Assembly (NCBI GenBank): GCA_963665125.2
Contig: CAXXUK010000002.1
Location: forward strand, 256,001 to 320,000
Direction: 5' to 3'
Source: an uncultured Desulfarculus sp.
GTDB taxonomy: Bacteria > Desulfobacterota > Desulfarculia > Desulfarculales > Desulfarculaceae
Length of the DNA stretch: 64,000 bases
In this document: positions 47,675-58,082 of the stretch, one piece after another
Layout: every line of letters begins with the position of its first letter
Numbering within the stretch: the stretch's first letter is position 1
The notes under the pieces: generated by a model
What the model saw: the letters and a program-made list of their open reading frames with translations, nothing else
Told to the model about the DNA's origin: nothing
Database searches by the model: none
Translations under genes and position numbers: made by a program

Positions 47675-47807
47675 GGGAACCTCCTGTAAAACCCGAAGTT
47701 GTTGCCCCGCACGCGGACCTTCTGATCCGCACGGGGCGCGCCAGTGAAAAAGACGGACTATCGGGCATAGTAGCCCAGTGAACGTCAGTTGGTCAAACTT
47801 ATGCTTT

Positions 47808-49076
47808 TTAGGCCTTCTCCTGTTGGGGCAGCTTGCGCAGATACACGCTCCAGTAGCTGAAGCCCACGAACACCGTGCCGCCGATGATGTTGCCGATGGT
47901 AACCGGGATCAGGTTGCGCCAGATAAAGCTCGCCCAGCTAAGCGACTCCGGGTCGAATCCGCTGGGCGCGGCGATTCCGGCCCAGTTATGCAGGATGATG
48001 CCCCCGGGGATGAAATACATGTTGGCCACGCAGTGCTCAAAGCCGATGGCCACGAAACCCATGATCGGGAAGAAGATGGCGAAGATCTTGCCCACGGTCT
48101 GGCGGGCCGCCAAAGCCATCCACACGGCCAGGCAGACCAGCCAGTTGCAGCCGATGGCCCGGACAAAGGCCTCGGTCCAGCTCAGCGAGACCTTGGCGTA
48201 GGCCGTCTTGACGGCCGCCGCGCCCAAAGCGCCGCCGCCGGTCTTCCACAAGCCGGAATAATAGAACAACAGCACGATGAGGATGCTGCCGATGAAATTG
48301 GCCGCGTACACCAGCACCCAGCGGACGAGCACCGCGTTCCAGGTGGTTCGGCCTTCCAAGACGGTGGAGACCATGAGGTTGTTACCGGTGAACAGCTCGG
48401 CCCCGGCGATGACCACCAGCATCAGGCCCAGGCTGAACACCGCGCCGGTCATGAACTTGGTGAAGCCCGCGCCCATGTGGGCGGCCATGTCGAAATTGAC
48501 GCTGGAGGCCAGCATGCCGCCGAAACCGATATAGGCCCCGGCTAGGATGCCCAGCAGGAAGATGGTCTTCCAGGGGCTCGACACCTTGCTGATGCCCACC
48601 TTGTGGGCTAGGGTCTCGGCAATGGTCTGGGGCGCCTTGTCGTCGGAGCCGGGCACGGGAAACGTTCCGATGGTCCTGGTGATATCGTCCAGGGCCTTCT
48701 TTTGCTGGTCCACCTTGCGGCGCATGGCCCGGTTGACCACGGTGATTATCTCGTCGGGCCTGAACGGCTTGGGCACGTAATCCATGGCCCCGCGCTTCAT
48801 GGCCTCGGTGGCCCGTTCCACGGAGGGGTATCCGCTGAACATCACCACCGTGGCGTCAGGGGCCCTGGTCTGCAATTCCCGCAGGACGTCCATGCCGTCC
48901 AGGCCGGGCATCTTCCAGTCCACCAGAATAACTTCGTAACGGCCTTCCGAGGCCAGCTCCAGGCCCGAGGCCGGGTCGTTGGTGGCGGTCACTTCCCAGT
49001 TCTCGGCGCTGAAGATACGTTCGCAGGAACCGAGAACAGCCGGGTCATCGTCGATTACAAGCATTGTGGGCTTCAT
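47808..49076 (-). CDS. Receiver domain fused to a formate/nitrite transporter (FNT) channel
   Basis: REC (VIDDD, LVDWKMP, PKPF) followed by FNT motifs GAELFTGN, GFEHCVANMY, GNIIGG in one frame. Confidence 0.92.
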   Translation of the reverse strand: MKPTMLVIDDDPAVLGSCERIFSAENWEVTATNDPASGLELASEGRYEVILVDWKMPGLDGMDVLRELQTRAPDATVVMFSGYPSVERATEAMKRGAMDYVPKPFRPDEIITVVNRAMRRKVDQQKKALDDITRTIGTFPVPGSDDKAPQTIAETLAHKVGISKVSSPWKTIFLLGILAGAYIGFGGMLASSVNFDMAAHMGAGFTKFMTGAVFSLGLMLVVIAGAELFTGNNLMVSTVLEGRTTWNAVLVRWVLVYAANFIGSILIVLLFYYSGLWKTGGGALGAAAVKTAYAKVSLSWTEAFVRAIGCNWLVCLAVWMALAARQTVGKIFAIFFPIMGFVAIGFEHCVANMYFIPGGIILHNWAGIAAPSGFDPESLSWASFIWRNLIPVTIGNIIGGTVFVGFSYWSVYLRKLPQQEKA

Positions 49077-49144
49077 TGCGGTTTCCTTTCCGGGCGGTGA
49101 GCGCCGCCCGCTATCCAGGGCCGGTCGGTTTCGGGGCGGCGCGG

Positions 49145-49498
49145 CTAGCCGATCACTCTATTTACTCCCCGCACAAGTTCTTCGGGGGTGAACGGTTTGG
49201 CGATGATGTTGGCGGCTCCGGCCTGCTGGCCGCGTTGATTGACCTGGGGCGTAAGATAGCCCGTCATCAATATGACCGGCAGGTCCGGCTTGTCTTGCCT
49301 GGCCCGCTTCATCAACTCAAAGCCGTCGATATCGGGCATCATCACGTCGGCCAACAGCAGGTCAAAGCCGCCGCCGGCCAATAGTTCCAGGGCCTGGGAG
49401 GCCTTTTCCAGGGCCACCACCTCGTGGCCCTCGGCCTCCAGAATCCGGCTGCAACTGATCCGCACAACCATATCGTCGTCAACAACCAATATCTTCAT
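49145..49498 (-). CDS. Single-domain response regulator
   Basis: VVDDD, ADVMMP, KPF. Confidence 0.92.
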   Translation of the reverse strand: MKILVVDDDMVVRISCSRILEAEGHEVVALEKASQALELLAGGGFDLLLADVMMPDIDGFELMKRARQDKPDLPVILMTGYLTPQVNQRGQQAGAANIIAKPFTPEELVRGVNRVIG

Positions 49499-49518
49499 CG
49501 CGCCAAACTCCGCCGCGC

Positions 49519-51480
49519 CTACCAGTCATAGCCTTCGGAACGGATGTCCTCGGGCAGCCAAATTGTGAAGGTGCTTCCCTTGCTGGATGTGCTTTTGACC
49601 TTGATGGTACCGCCATGGCGGGCCACCACGCCCTGGCTGACGGCCAGGCCAAGCCCCGTACCCTTGCCCACCTCCTTGGTGGTGAAAAATGGGTCGAACA
49701 GCTTGTCTATGTTTTCCGGGGCAATGCCATGGCCGGTGTCGACCACGTCGATGACCACGCCCTTGCGGCCGTCGTGCAGGCCCGGGTCGCCGGGCCGGGT
49801 GACAACGGTGACCTTGCCGCCGGGCTCGGTTGCGTCCAGGGCGTTGATGATCATGTTGACCAGCACGCCCTGCATCTGGCTGTGGTCCAGGTTCATTACC
49901 GGGAATTCCTCCCTGGGGTCGAATGAAAGCTCGATGCCCTTGAGCATGGCCTGATTATGCAAAAGCTTCACTGTTGAGGCCACGAATGGGTTGAAGTCCG
50001 TGGGCTGGGCCTCCAGCTTGGTCTGGCGCGAAAAATCCAACAGGCCCTTGACGATCTTGCGCACCCGCTCGGTCTGGCTGGCGATGGTCTCCAGATCGCC
50101 GCGCACCTCTGGGGCCAGGTCATCCCGGCGCAGCAACAGGTGGGTGAAGGTCAACACGCCGGTGAGCGGGTTGTTGATCTCATGGGCCACGCCCGCGGCC
50201 AGCCTGCCCACTATGGCCTGCTTTTCGCTTTGCAGCAGGCGCTTTTCGCTTTCCTCCTGCTGGGCCTTTTCCCGATCGCGCAGAGCCAGAAGCATCTCCT
50301 GGAAGCTGCTTTGCAGCACGCCTAGGTCGCTGCGGGCCATGGGGCCGATATCCGGCGAAAAATCGCCCTTGGATACATGGCGGCTGGCGCTGATGAGCTG
50401 GTTGACAGGCTTGATGATCCGCCCGGCCAGGTAGGCTCCCATGAGCACGGCGCAGGCCATGCAGGCCAGGGTGGTGATGGTGAAGACGAAAGCCGTCTGC
50501 CACCACAGGGAGGTGTATTTGTCCTCCAAGACGCCGACATAGAGCATGCCCACCCTTTGGCCTCCGATGTCCACGATGGGCTCGTAAGCGGTTATGTACC
50601 AGGCATTGACAACAAAGGCCCGGTCAGACCATTTTTGGCCCCGGTCCAGAACCGCCTCGCTTACCGCCTGGGAGGCCCTGGTGCCGATTGCCCTTTGGCC
50701 CTTGGCGTCCAACACAGTGGTGGAGATGCGCGTATCGTCCAGGAAAATAGTGGCCGAACCAATGTTGCGGTCCTTGAAAACTTCGTTGCGAAAGACCGTT
50801 CGGCCAACGGTGTCGACAATGGAGTAGTCGCGGTTGACAAGCACGCCGCCGTATATCACCAAATGCCTGCCCTGGTTGTCGATCAGCGGCGAGGCCGCCG
50901 CCAGGACCAGGCCGGTGCCGCCGGGCAAGGACTTGGCCGCCCCGGCCATGGGGGTTTGAACTTCCTTGATCAAAGCGCGCCTGGCCAGAGCCGGGTCCTC
51001 GGCGGCCAGACTTGACTGGTCCATGAGGATGGTCCCCGCCATGGGCTTATTTTGCTTTATGGCCATTGCCAGCAATTGGTTGCCGGCCATGGACTTGCCC
51101 GGGGGGCCGGGGCCGATGCGGGCCAGTACACGGCCCTGGTTGTCGGCCACGCCCAAGAAGTCCAGTCCGGCCTTCTGGGCCACGATCCGCAGCCAGGCTA
51201 TAAAAACTTCGCGGTCCGCACCTTCGAGCAAACGCCGAAAGTCGTCTTCCAGGCCTGTGATTTCCAGGGCCAACAGGATCGAGGCGGTGCGCTCGTCATA
51301 GATTTCCTTGGCGGCGTTCAGATCAAGGCGCACCCGGTTGGATGCTTCGGACAAGACTGATTTGTATAGTAGTTGCCCCCCGGTGAACAGCGAAACCAGG
51401 CCCACCAGCAGGGCCACGGCCAGGAAGCTGGTGATCAGTCTGGCCCGGGTGGAACGCCAAAGACGGGACAATGGGTTCAT
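49519..51480 (-). CDS. Cache-HAMP sensor histidine kinase
   Basis: AHEINNPL H-box; N, G1, F (FDPFFTTK) and G2 (GTGLGL) boxes. Confidence 0.93.
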   Translation of the reverse strand: MNPLSRLWRSTRARLITSFLAVALLVGLVSLFTGGQLLYKSVLSEASNRVRLDLNAAKEIYDERTASILLALEITGLEDDFRRLLEGADREVFIAWLRIVAQKAGLDFLGVADNQGRVLARIGPGPPGKSMAGNQLLAMAIKQNKPMAGTILMDQSSLAAEDPALARRALIKEVQTPMAGAAKSLPGGTGLVLAAASPLIDNQGRHLVIYGGVLVNRDYSIVDTVGRTVFRNEVFKDRNIGSATIFLDDTRISTTVLDAKGQRAIGTRASQAVSEAVLDRGQKWSDRAFVVNAWYITAYEPIVDIGGQRVGMLYVGVLEDKYTSLWWQTAFVFTITTLACMACAVLMGAYLAGRIIKPVNQLISASRHVSKGDFSPDIGPMARSDLGVLQSSFQEMLLALRDREKAQQEESEKRLLQSEKQAIVGRLAAGVAHEINNPLTGVLTFTHLLLRRDDLAPEVRGDLETIASQTERVRKIVKGLLDFSRQTKLEAQPTDFNPFVASTVKLLHNQAMLKGIELSFDPREEFPVMNLDHSQMQGVLVNMIINALDATEPGGKVTVVTRPGDPGLHDGRKGVVIDVVDTGHGIAPENIDKLFDPFFTTKEVGKGTGLGLAVSQGVVARHGGTIKVKSTSSKGSTFTIWLPEDIRSEGYDW

Positions 51481-51608
51481 TGGGGCTCCATCAAAGAGTT
51501 TCCGCGCTTGCTCTTATTATCACTTTAAGCCCGTTGGTGAATATTGTCTAACTTTATTGTCGGGTTGCAACTTTGGAACGTTAAAAGATTTGTGGGAGTC
51601 CGGACATT

Positions 51609-51638
51609 AAAAAAGTCCGGGAAATCCCGGACTTTTTT
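51609..51638. terminator. Bidirectional intrinsic terminator
   Basis: AAAAAA-GTCCGGGA-AA-TCCCGGAC-TTTTTT. Confidence 0.8.
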
Positions 51639-51657
51639 GTGGTGTGCGATCCGCCTG

Positions 51658-52650
51658 CTAAAGGCCTTTTTGCTTGATGACTTTTTTGACCTGCGGGTGG
51701 ATGGGGGCGCACAGCGTTGTCTGCATTATATTGGGGTTTATACCGTACATGGCAAAATGCAGATCCGGCAGCATGACCCAATTGCCGTACAATTCCTCGC
51801 CGATTGCCGCCGCCACGCTGTCGGGCAGGGTGTTGTTGGCCACCAACACGGCCCGCACGCCGAGGGTAGGTAGAAAGTCTTTGGGGAATTTGGCGTTTTT
51901 ATAGTGTTTGGACGGAACCATGACTTCGATGTAATAGGGCAGCCCCGCTTTAACGGCAACTGCGCGCTTTAAACCTATGAAGCACATGGGCACTGTATTG
52001 CTGATCCGGTATAACAGCAAATTGGGGTGGGCAATGGTCATGAAAAACGCATCTACTTCACCTCTCACAAACTTTTCAGCCACATCGTCCGGCGATGGAC
52101 ACTCGACAACGGTCAAGTCCTTGAGGGAAAGCCCGTACATTTTTACTACATCGATGGCGTTGCCCCTGGTGCCTGATCCCTTGCAACCGATAGCCACCCT
52201 CTTTCCCTTGAGGTCTTTTGGGGTTTGGATTTTGGATTCCACCGAGCAGATCAGGTTTACGGATTCGCCCATCAGAGAGGCAATGGAAGACAAATTCTTG
52301 CAGCCCCCCGCGCTGCACCATTGCCCCGTGCCTTTGTAGGCCTTGCAGGCGATGTCGCTTTGAACCAGAGCCAAAGCGAACTTGCCGTCCCTGAGGCCTT
52401 GCAGGTTTTCCGCCGAGCCTTTGGTGCTGACCACTTTTATGAAGTATCCCTTGCCTGCCAAGTCCTTGTTCAGCTTTTCGGCCAAGGCCTGGCCCAGGTT
52501 GTAGTACACGCCGTTTTCGCTGCCCGTGCCCATAAGCAATGTTTTTGATCCACCGGCCCAGCCCACCGGCGTGGTTGCGGCGGAAAAAGAAAGCAACAGG
52601 CAAGCTGCGATTAGAAATAAAGTGGCTCGTATACGGCGACGGGATATCAT
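51658..52650 (-). CDS. TAXI-family TRAP solute-binding protein
   Basis: MGTGSENGVYY, STKGSAEN, LVQSD, LKGKRVAIG..GSG. Confidence 0.9.
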   Translation of the reverse strand: MISRRRIRATLFLIAACLLLSFSAATTPVGWAGGSKTLLMGTGSENGVYYNLGQALAEKLNKDLAGKGYFIKVVSTKGSAENLQGLRDGKFALALVQSDIACKAYKGTGQWCSAGGCKNLSSIASLMGESVNLICSVESKIQTPKDLKGKRVAIGCKGSGTRGNAIDVVKMYGLSLKDLTVVECPSPDDVAEKFVRGEVDAFFMTIAHPNLLLYRISNTVPMCFIGLKRAVAVKAGLPYYIEVMVPSKHYKNAKFPKDFLPTLGVRAVLVANNTLPDSVAAAIGEELYGNWVMLPDLHFAMYGINPNIMQTTLCAPIHPQVKKVIKQKGL

Positions 52651-52809
52651 GGTCCACTTCCCCTTAAAATATTGGTAATTATTCCGATAGACTAGATGGG
52701 CTGGCTTATTCATAATGCGGTGAGCACTGAAAAAAGTCAATGAGGCACAAATGTTATATGTGTGAAAAAGCGCCGGGCCGTAAAGGTCCTGCATCTGGCG
52801 TAGTCTTGA

Positions 52810-53790
52810 TTATCGGCCCCCGGCCTTTAAATATTTCCGAACCGCAGGCAGCAGGGGAGCGCATAGGGGTTGCTTCATCTTTTGCGGGTTCAGGCCGGAA
52901 AGGGCGGCATTGAGCTTGCCCAGGTTCCGCCAATCGCCGTATATCAGGCCAATGACGGCCTGGGCCACCGGTTCGGGCAGGTCCTTGTTGGCCATCAGAA
53001 CGGCCCGCACGCCCATGGTCGGTAAAAAGTCTTTGGGGAATTCCACCTTGGGATAATACATCGGCGCGAAATCGGCATCCGCGTAATAAGGCAGACCCGC
53101 TTTTTGGGCGTCGGCGGTTTTCAGGCTGATAAAACGGATGGGGACCCGGTCAAAGCTGACTCGGTGGATCAATTCGCAGGGATGTCCGATGGTGATGAAA
53201 AACGCATCAAGCTTACCCTTCATCAGCTTATCGGCTGCGGTGTGCAAAAGGGATTCATCGGCCAAGGCAAGGTCCGTGACCTTTACCCCATAAATGCCCA
53301 GCACGTCCAAGGCGTTTTGGCGTATGCCCGAGCCCCGCGCGCCGATGCCCACCCGCTTGTCCTTGAGGTCGGCAACCGAGTGTATGGAGCTGGCCGCGGC
53401 GCAGACCAGGCTGACGGCCTCGGATTGCAGTCCGGCAATGGAACGAATATTGTTTTGGGGACCCGCGTTCTTCCATTGGCCCGTGCCGTCCCAGGCCCGG
53501 CAGGCCACATCGGACTGCACCAGGCCCAGGCCGAATTGCCCGGCCTGAATGTTTTGGACATTTTCCGCCGAACCAGCCGTGGATATGGCCTTGATTTCAT
53601 AGCCCTGTTTGGCCAGCTTCGGGTTGAGGCGCCGGGCAATGGTCTGGCCCAGGGCATAGTAGACCCCGGCGGGGCCGCCGGTGCCCATGGTGACGGCCTT
53701 CAGGCCGTCCGCGGCGGCATGACCGCCGGAGCATAGGGCCAAACCCAGAATCAATGTAGATATTGCAGTAAATACTTTAATTATACGCAA
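52810..53790 (-). CDS. TAXI-family TRAP solute-binding protein (paralog)
   Basis: MGTGGPAGVYY, STAGSAEN, LVQSD. Confidence 0.9.
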   Translation of the reverse strand: MRIIKVFTAISTLILGLALCSGGHAAADGLKAVTMGTGGPAGVYYALGQTIARRLNPKLAKQGYEIKAISTAGSAENVQNIQAGQFGLGLVQSDVACRAWDGTGQWKNAGPQNNIRSIAGLQSEAVSLVCAAASSIHSVADLKDKRVGIGARGSGIRQNALDVLGIYGVKVTDLALADESLLHTAADKLMKGKLDAFFITIGHPCELIHRVSFDRVPIRFISLKTADAQKAGLPYYADADFAPMYYPKVEFPKDFLPTMGVRAVLMANKDLPEPVAQAVIGLIYGDWRNLGKLNAALSGLNPQKMKQPLCAPLLPAVRKYLKAGGR

Positions 53791-53817
53791 TGGCTTGCCT
53801 TCTCGCTGTCATGCGGC

Positions 53818-55119
53818 TCAGTCCATGAGTACGCGCTCGGCCAGGGCCTCTTCTTCTTCGCCGTGCTTGATCGCATCGGCTCCGGCCCGGCCTGGTAGGA
53901 CCAAATTCAGGATCACGCCCAGGATGCCGGCCAGGCCTATGCCGCCCAGCTTGAATTGGCCGATGGGCAGGGCCATGCCGCCCACGCCGAAAATGACGAT
54001 AAGCGCCACGATGGTCAGGTTGCGCGGGTGCATCAGGTCATGGCCCGCCAGGACCAGGATGTTGATGCCCACCACCATGATCGCGCCAAACAAGAGTAGC
54101 ATGATGCCGCCCATGACCGGCGCCGGGATGGTTTGCAAAAACGCGCCCAGCTTGCCCACGAAGCCCAGGGCGATGGCCACGATGGCCGCCCAGGTCATCA
54201 CCGCCGGGTTGAAGGCCTTGGTCAGGGCCACCGCGCCGGTCACCTCGGAGTATGTCGTGTTGGGCGGACCGCCCAGAAACGCCGCCAAGGTGGTGGCCAG
54301 GCCGTCGCCGAGCATGGTGTTTTTGATGCCCGGGTCTTCGACATAGTTTTTACCGGTGATGCCGCTGATGGCCAGCACATCGCCGAAGTGCTCGATGGCC
54401 GGGGCGATGGCTATGGGCACGATGTAGAGGATGGCCGACAGGTTCCATTCCGGGGCCACGAAATTGGGCCAGGCGAACCAGGCCGCCTTGGCCAGGTTGC
54501 CGTAGTCTACTATGCCCATCAGCAGGCTGACGCCGTAGCCCACGGCGATGCCGCAGAGGATGGGCACCAGCTTGAGCCAGCCCCTGCCCAAAAGCGAGAC
54601 GAACACCGTCACGGCCAGGGCCGACATGGAGGCGATGAGGGCCTGGGATTGCGGATACAAGACGGCGGAGGCGTCGCCGGTCTTGCCCAGGGCCATGTTC
54701 ACGGCGATGGGCGCCAGGATCAGGCCGATGACCATGATCACCGGGCCGGTGACCACCGGCGGCAGGATGCGGTGCAGGATCTGGGTGCCGCCCAGGCGCA
54801 CCACGAAGCTCAGCACCACATAGACCAGACCGGCGGCGGCCAGGCCGCAAAGCGTGGCGGGCAGGCCCCATGTCTGGGTGCCGTAGGCAATGGGCGCGAT
54901 AAAAGCGAAGGAACTGGCCAGGAAGATGGGCACCTTGCCCCTGGTGATGATCTGAAATACCAGGGTGCCCAGACCGGCCGTCAACAGAGCCACGTTGGGG
55001 TCCAGGCCCGTGAGCAGAGGCACCAGCACCAGCGCGCCAAAGGCCACGAAAAGCATCTGCGCGCCCAACAACGCCCCCTTGGGCGAGAATTTGTATTCCG
55101 GGGTCTGGAGATCACTCAT
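53818..55119 (-). CDS. uraA: Uracil permease (NCS2)
   Basis: QMLFVAFGALVLVP, SSFAFI, EHFGD, PNTTYSE; adjacent to upp. Confidence 0.93.
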   Translation of the reverse strand: MSDLQTPEYKFSPKGALLGAQMLFVAFGALVLVPLLTGLDPNVALLTAGLGTLVFQIITRGKVPIFLASSFAFIAPIAYGTQTWGLPATLCGLAAAGLVYVVLSFVVRLGGTQILHRILPPVVTGPVIMVIGLILAPIAVNMALGKTGDASAVLYPQSQALIASMSALAVTVFVSLLGRGWLKLVPILCGIAVGYGVSLLMGIVDYGNLAKAAWFAWPNFVAPEWNLSAILYIVPIAIAPAIEHFGDVLAISGITGKNYVEDPGIKNTMLGDGLATTLAAFLGGPPNTTYSEVTGAVALTKAFNPAVMTWAAIVAIALGFVGKLGAFLQTIPAPVMGGIMLLLFGAIMVVGINILVLAGHDLMHPRNLTIVALIVIFGVGGMALPIGQFKLGGIGLAGILGVILNLVLPGRAGADAIKHGEEEEALAERVLMD

Positions 55120-55196
55120 ACGCGGCTCCTTTGCTATTTATTGGCGCCAAGCCGAAGTTTCAAAGGGGGCAGGAGCCCCAAGCGAAACAGTATCTA

Positions 55197-55823
55197 TTAT
55201 TTAGTCCCAAAAATCTTGTCGCCCGCATCGCCCAGGCCGGGCAGGATGTAGCCGTTTTCATTGAGGCGATCATCCACCGAGGCGGTGTATATGTCCACGT
55301 CCGGGTGGGCGGCCTTCAGCTTGGCGATGCCCTCGGGCGCGGCCACCAGGAAAATACCCCGAATGGTGTTGCAGCCGGCCTTTTTTAATAGATCGACGGT
55401 GGCCACCAGGGTGCCGCCCGTGGCCAGCATGGGGTCCAGGATGATGGCCATGCGCTCTTCGAGCTGGTTGGCCAGCTTCACGTAATACTGCACGGGCTCC
55501 AGGGTCAGTTCGTTGCGGAAAAAGCCCACCACGCTGACCTTGGCGCCGGGCACCATGTCCAAAACGCCGTCCAAGAGGCCGATGCCCGCCCGAAGGATGG
55601 GCACCACGGTGATTTTCTTGCCCTTGATCTCCTCGACCTCCACCGGCCCGGCCCAGCCCTTGATCACCTTCAGCTCGGTGGTCAGGTCCTTGGTGGCTTC
55701 GTAGGTGAGCAGGCGAGAGATTTCCGTGGCAAGCTGGCGGAAACTGGCCGTGCTCAGGTTTTCCTTGCGCAGGATGCCCAGCTTGTGCTGGACCAGGGGA
55801 TGATGAACAACATGTACGGCCAC
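55197..55823 (-). CDS. upp: Uracil phosphoribosyltransferase
   Basis: [34 protein letters not shown]. Confidence 0.97.
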   Translation of the reverse strand: MAVHVVHHPLVQHKLGILRKENLSTASFRQLATEISRLLTYEATKDLTTELKVIKGWAGPVEVEEIKGKKITVVPILRAGIGLLDGVLDMVPGAKVSVVGFFRNELTLEPVQYYVKLANQLEERMAIILDPMLATGGTLVATVDLLKKAGCNTIRGIFLVAAPEGIAKLKAAHPDVDIYTASVDDRLNENGYILPGLGDAGDKIFGTK

Positions 55824-56029
55824 GATGATCCTCCTTGGGCCGCCGGGACAGGCGGATTATTTTCGGCTGGGGTCCATGCTGTTTTACTGGGCCGGGCGAA
55901 AGCGGGTCAACCACAAAGTGAAATTGTGCAACGATTGGCCGACCGGAGTCCGCGGATAGACCTTGCTTGGGTGGTGGTTTTTGGGCGATTGTAGGGCCTG
56001 CATATCATTTTTCCTTGCAGGGGGGGAGC

Positions 56030-57616
56030 ATGCCTTGTTGTAAAGCCGAAGAGTTTGGTCATTGGTGCGACGGGTACGAGACCTTTGAGTATGAAGGTAA
56101 GGAGTATTGTATTTTTCATGCTCCTGCCGAAGCGCCGGAGAAGCAGGATGTTAAGGCGTTTAATGAAGAGGTTTTTAAGAGGATAAAAGAATGTGAAAAC
56201 AGTGAGCGATTTATCGATTTTAGCGGTTCTATATTTCCAGGAGAGATAAATATATATTTGTTTTTTATTCCTAAAAATTTCGTCCCATATAAAATGCGTT
56301 TTTATAAAACAATATTTAATGGTGACGCAAGGTTTTCTAAGATCAAATTCAATGATGATGTTGAATTCGAGAATGCGATTTTTAATGGAAAAACATATTT
56401 TGAAGGGTCGAAATTTATAGGCAGAGCAAACTTCAAAAAAACTGTGTTCTATGGAGAAGTTAGTTTTCACTCAGCACATTTCGAAAAGATACATTGTTTT
56501 CTTAGGTACGGAGGAATACTGCCTGGAGTTGACTTTGTGGATACACTGTTTGAGGCAGAAGCAAGCTTCGTAAATACTGTTTTTGAACACTACGTTATAT
56601 TCGAATCAGAGTTCAAAGGACTTGCAACATTTCGCAGTACTGAATTCCGTGGATATGGTAGCTTTTTTAAATCTTTATTTGGTAACGATGTTGAATTTAG
56701 GGAAGTATTATTCAATGGTGGTGTAGGTTTTATCGATGTACATTTCTGTGGAGATGCGATTTTTAACAATATCGGTGGTGCTAATATAGATTTCTATAAA
56801 ACAGTATTTGAACAGAATACCGTTTTCAACGAAGTAACCTTCGAAGCTGTTACTTTTGGAAAAGTATATTTTGCCAAAATAACTAAATTTTTCAAAACTG
56901 TGTTTCAATCTGGTACATTTGACCAGTGTTCTACGGGTGATATGATCGAATTTGATCAGGCAAATTTATTCCGCCTTTCCTTGCTTAATGCTCCCTTGGA
57001 AAAAATGCGCTTTATCGACTGCAAGTGGCCTAAATACGATGGACGAAGTGTGATTTATGACTCTCGTATCGCTCCTGTTGGGTTCCAAACCCCGTCGAAA
57101 TATGATGGCCAATTTCTGATTGGCAACATCCTTAGCCCGGAACCTTTTAGGGAGGGATATCCCGCTCCATCACCCGGACGCCTTGCCGACGTATTCCGCC
57201 GCCTTAAGAAGATTGCCGCCGATGCCCGCGACGAACCGCTGGCCTCGGATTGGCACTACGCCGAAAAGGAAATGCAGCGCCGGGCGGCCAAGAAAAATAA
57301 TTTATGGTTCTATTTCGGACTCACGGCCTACAAATGGGCCAGTGGATACGGTGAAGCGCCTTTAAGAGCGGCAGTGTGCCTGGCAATTCTCCTTTTAATA
57401 CCCTGGCTGGCCAGCCTCCTGCCGCCTGATTGGGGCTGGGCCTCCTACCTGGCCAGCGCGTTCAGCGATCCGAAGTTGTGCATTCCGCAAACAGATATGG
57501 AGCCAACAAAGGCTTTGGGCTACTGGCATTATCTGGGTTTGAAGGGCTACCAAGTTTTGGTCTTGGTCCAAGCAGGTCTATTCGGCTTCGCCACCCGCAA
57601 CAAGATGCGCCGCTAG
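56030..57616 (+). CDS. Pentapeptide-repeat membrane protein
   Basis: YCIFH, then A.F....F repeats, then GYGE.PLRA and TM segments; the central part is strongly AT-rich. Confidence 0.85.
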   Translation: MPCCKAEEFGHWCDGYETFEYEGKEYCIFHAPAEAPEKQDVKAFNEEVFKRIKECENSERFIDFSGSIFPGEINIYLFFIPKNFVPYKMRFYKTIFNGDARFSKIKFNDDVEFENAIFNGKTYFEGSKFIGRANFKKTVFYGEVSFHSAHFEKIHCFLRYGGILPGVDFVDTLFEAEASFVNTVFEHYVIFESEFKGLATFRSTEFRGYGSFFKSLFGNDVEFREVLFNGGVGFIDVHFCGDAIFNNIGGANIDFYKTVFEQNTVFNEVTFEAVTFGKVYFAKITKFFKTVFQSGTFDQCSTGDMIEFDQANLFRLSLLNAPLEKMRFIDCKWPKYDGRSVIYDSRIAPVGFQTPSKYDGQFLIGNILSPEPFREGYPAPSPGRLADVFRRLKKIAADARDEPLASDWHYAEKEMQRRAAKKNNLWFYFGLTAYKWASGYGEAPLRAAVCLAILLLIPWLASLLPPDWGWASYLASAFSDPKLCIPQTDMEPTKALGYWHYLGLKGYQVLVLVQAGLFGFATRNKMRR

Positions 57617-57686
57617 ATAAAACAAGCCGCGCCCCGGCCGGGTTGCCAGGGTGCGGCTGTTGCAGTCGCTTGTATGGGCGGCGGGC

Positions 57687-57893
57687 TTATTCGGCCTGCT
57701 GCTTTTTCTTTTTCTTGATCTGCGTCACGCCCAGGCCCAATACCGCCGCGCCGCCGATAACGAATATGCCCAGGATGGCCTTGAAATCGCTCCAGCGGAA
57801 AAACAGCGGTGAATCGTAGCCCAGGGCGGGCATGCTGAACAGCCAGACAAAGCCGAGAACAATGATAATGATACCGGCAACAACCAGTTTCAT
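57687..57893 (-). CDS. Small 2-TM membrane protein
   Basis: Two hydrophobic segments and a poly-Lys tail; AAGGA RBS. Confidence 0.7.
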   Translation of the reverse strand: MKLVVAGIIIIVLGFVWLFSMPALGYDSPLFFRWSDFKAILGIFVIGGAAVLGLGVTQIKKKKKQQAE

Positions 57894-58082
57894 GTCGTGT
57901 TCCTTTCCGGCAGGAGCCGCCGATATGCCGACCCACACCCCAAAAAAATAATATCAATAGGTAGGACAGCTAGTCCGCATTATGGGGCTGATAGTCAGAA
58001 AACAAAAGCAGATTGTGCAAAAAACCGGGCGGCCCGGCATATTGCCAAGCCGCCCGTGAGGGAGAGAACACAAAAGCGGCGC

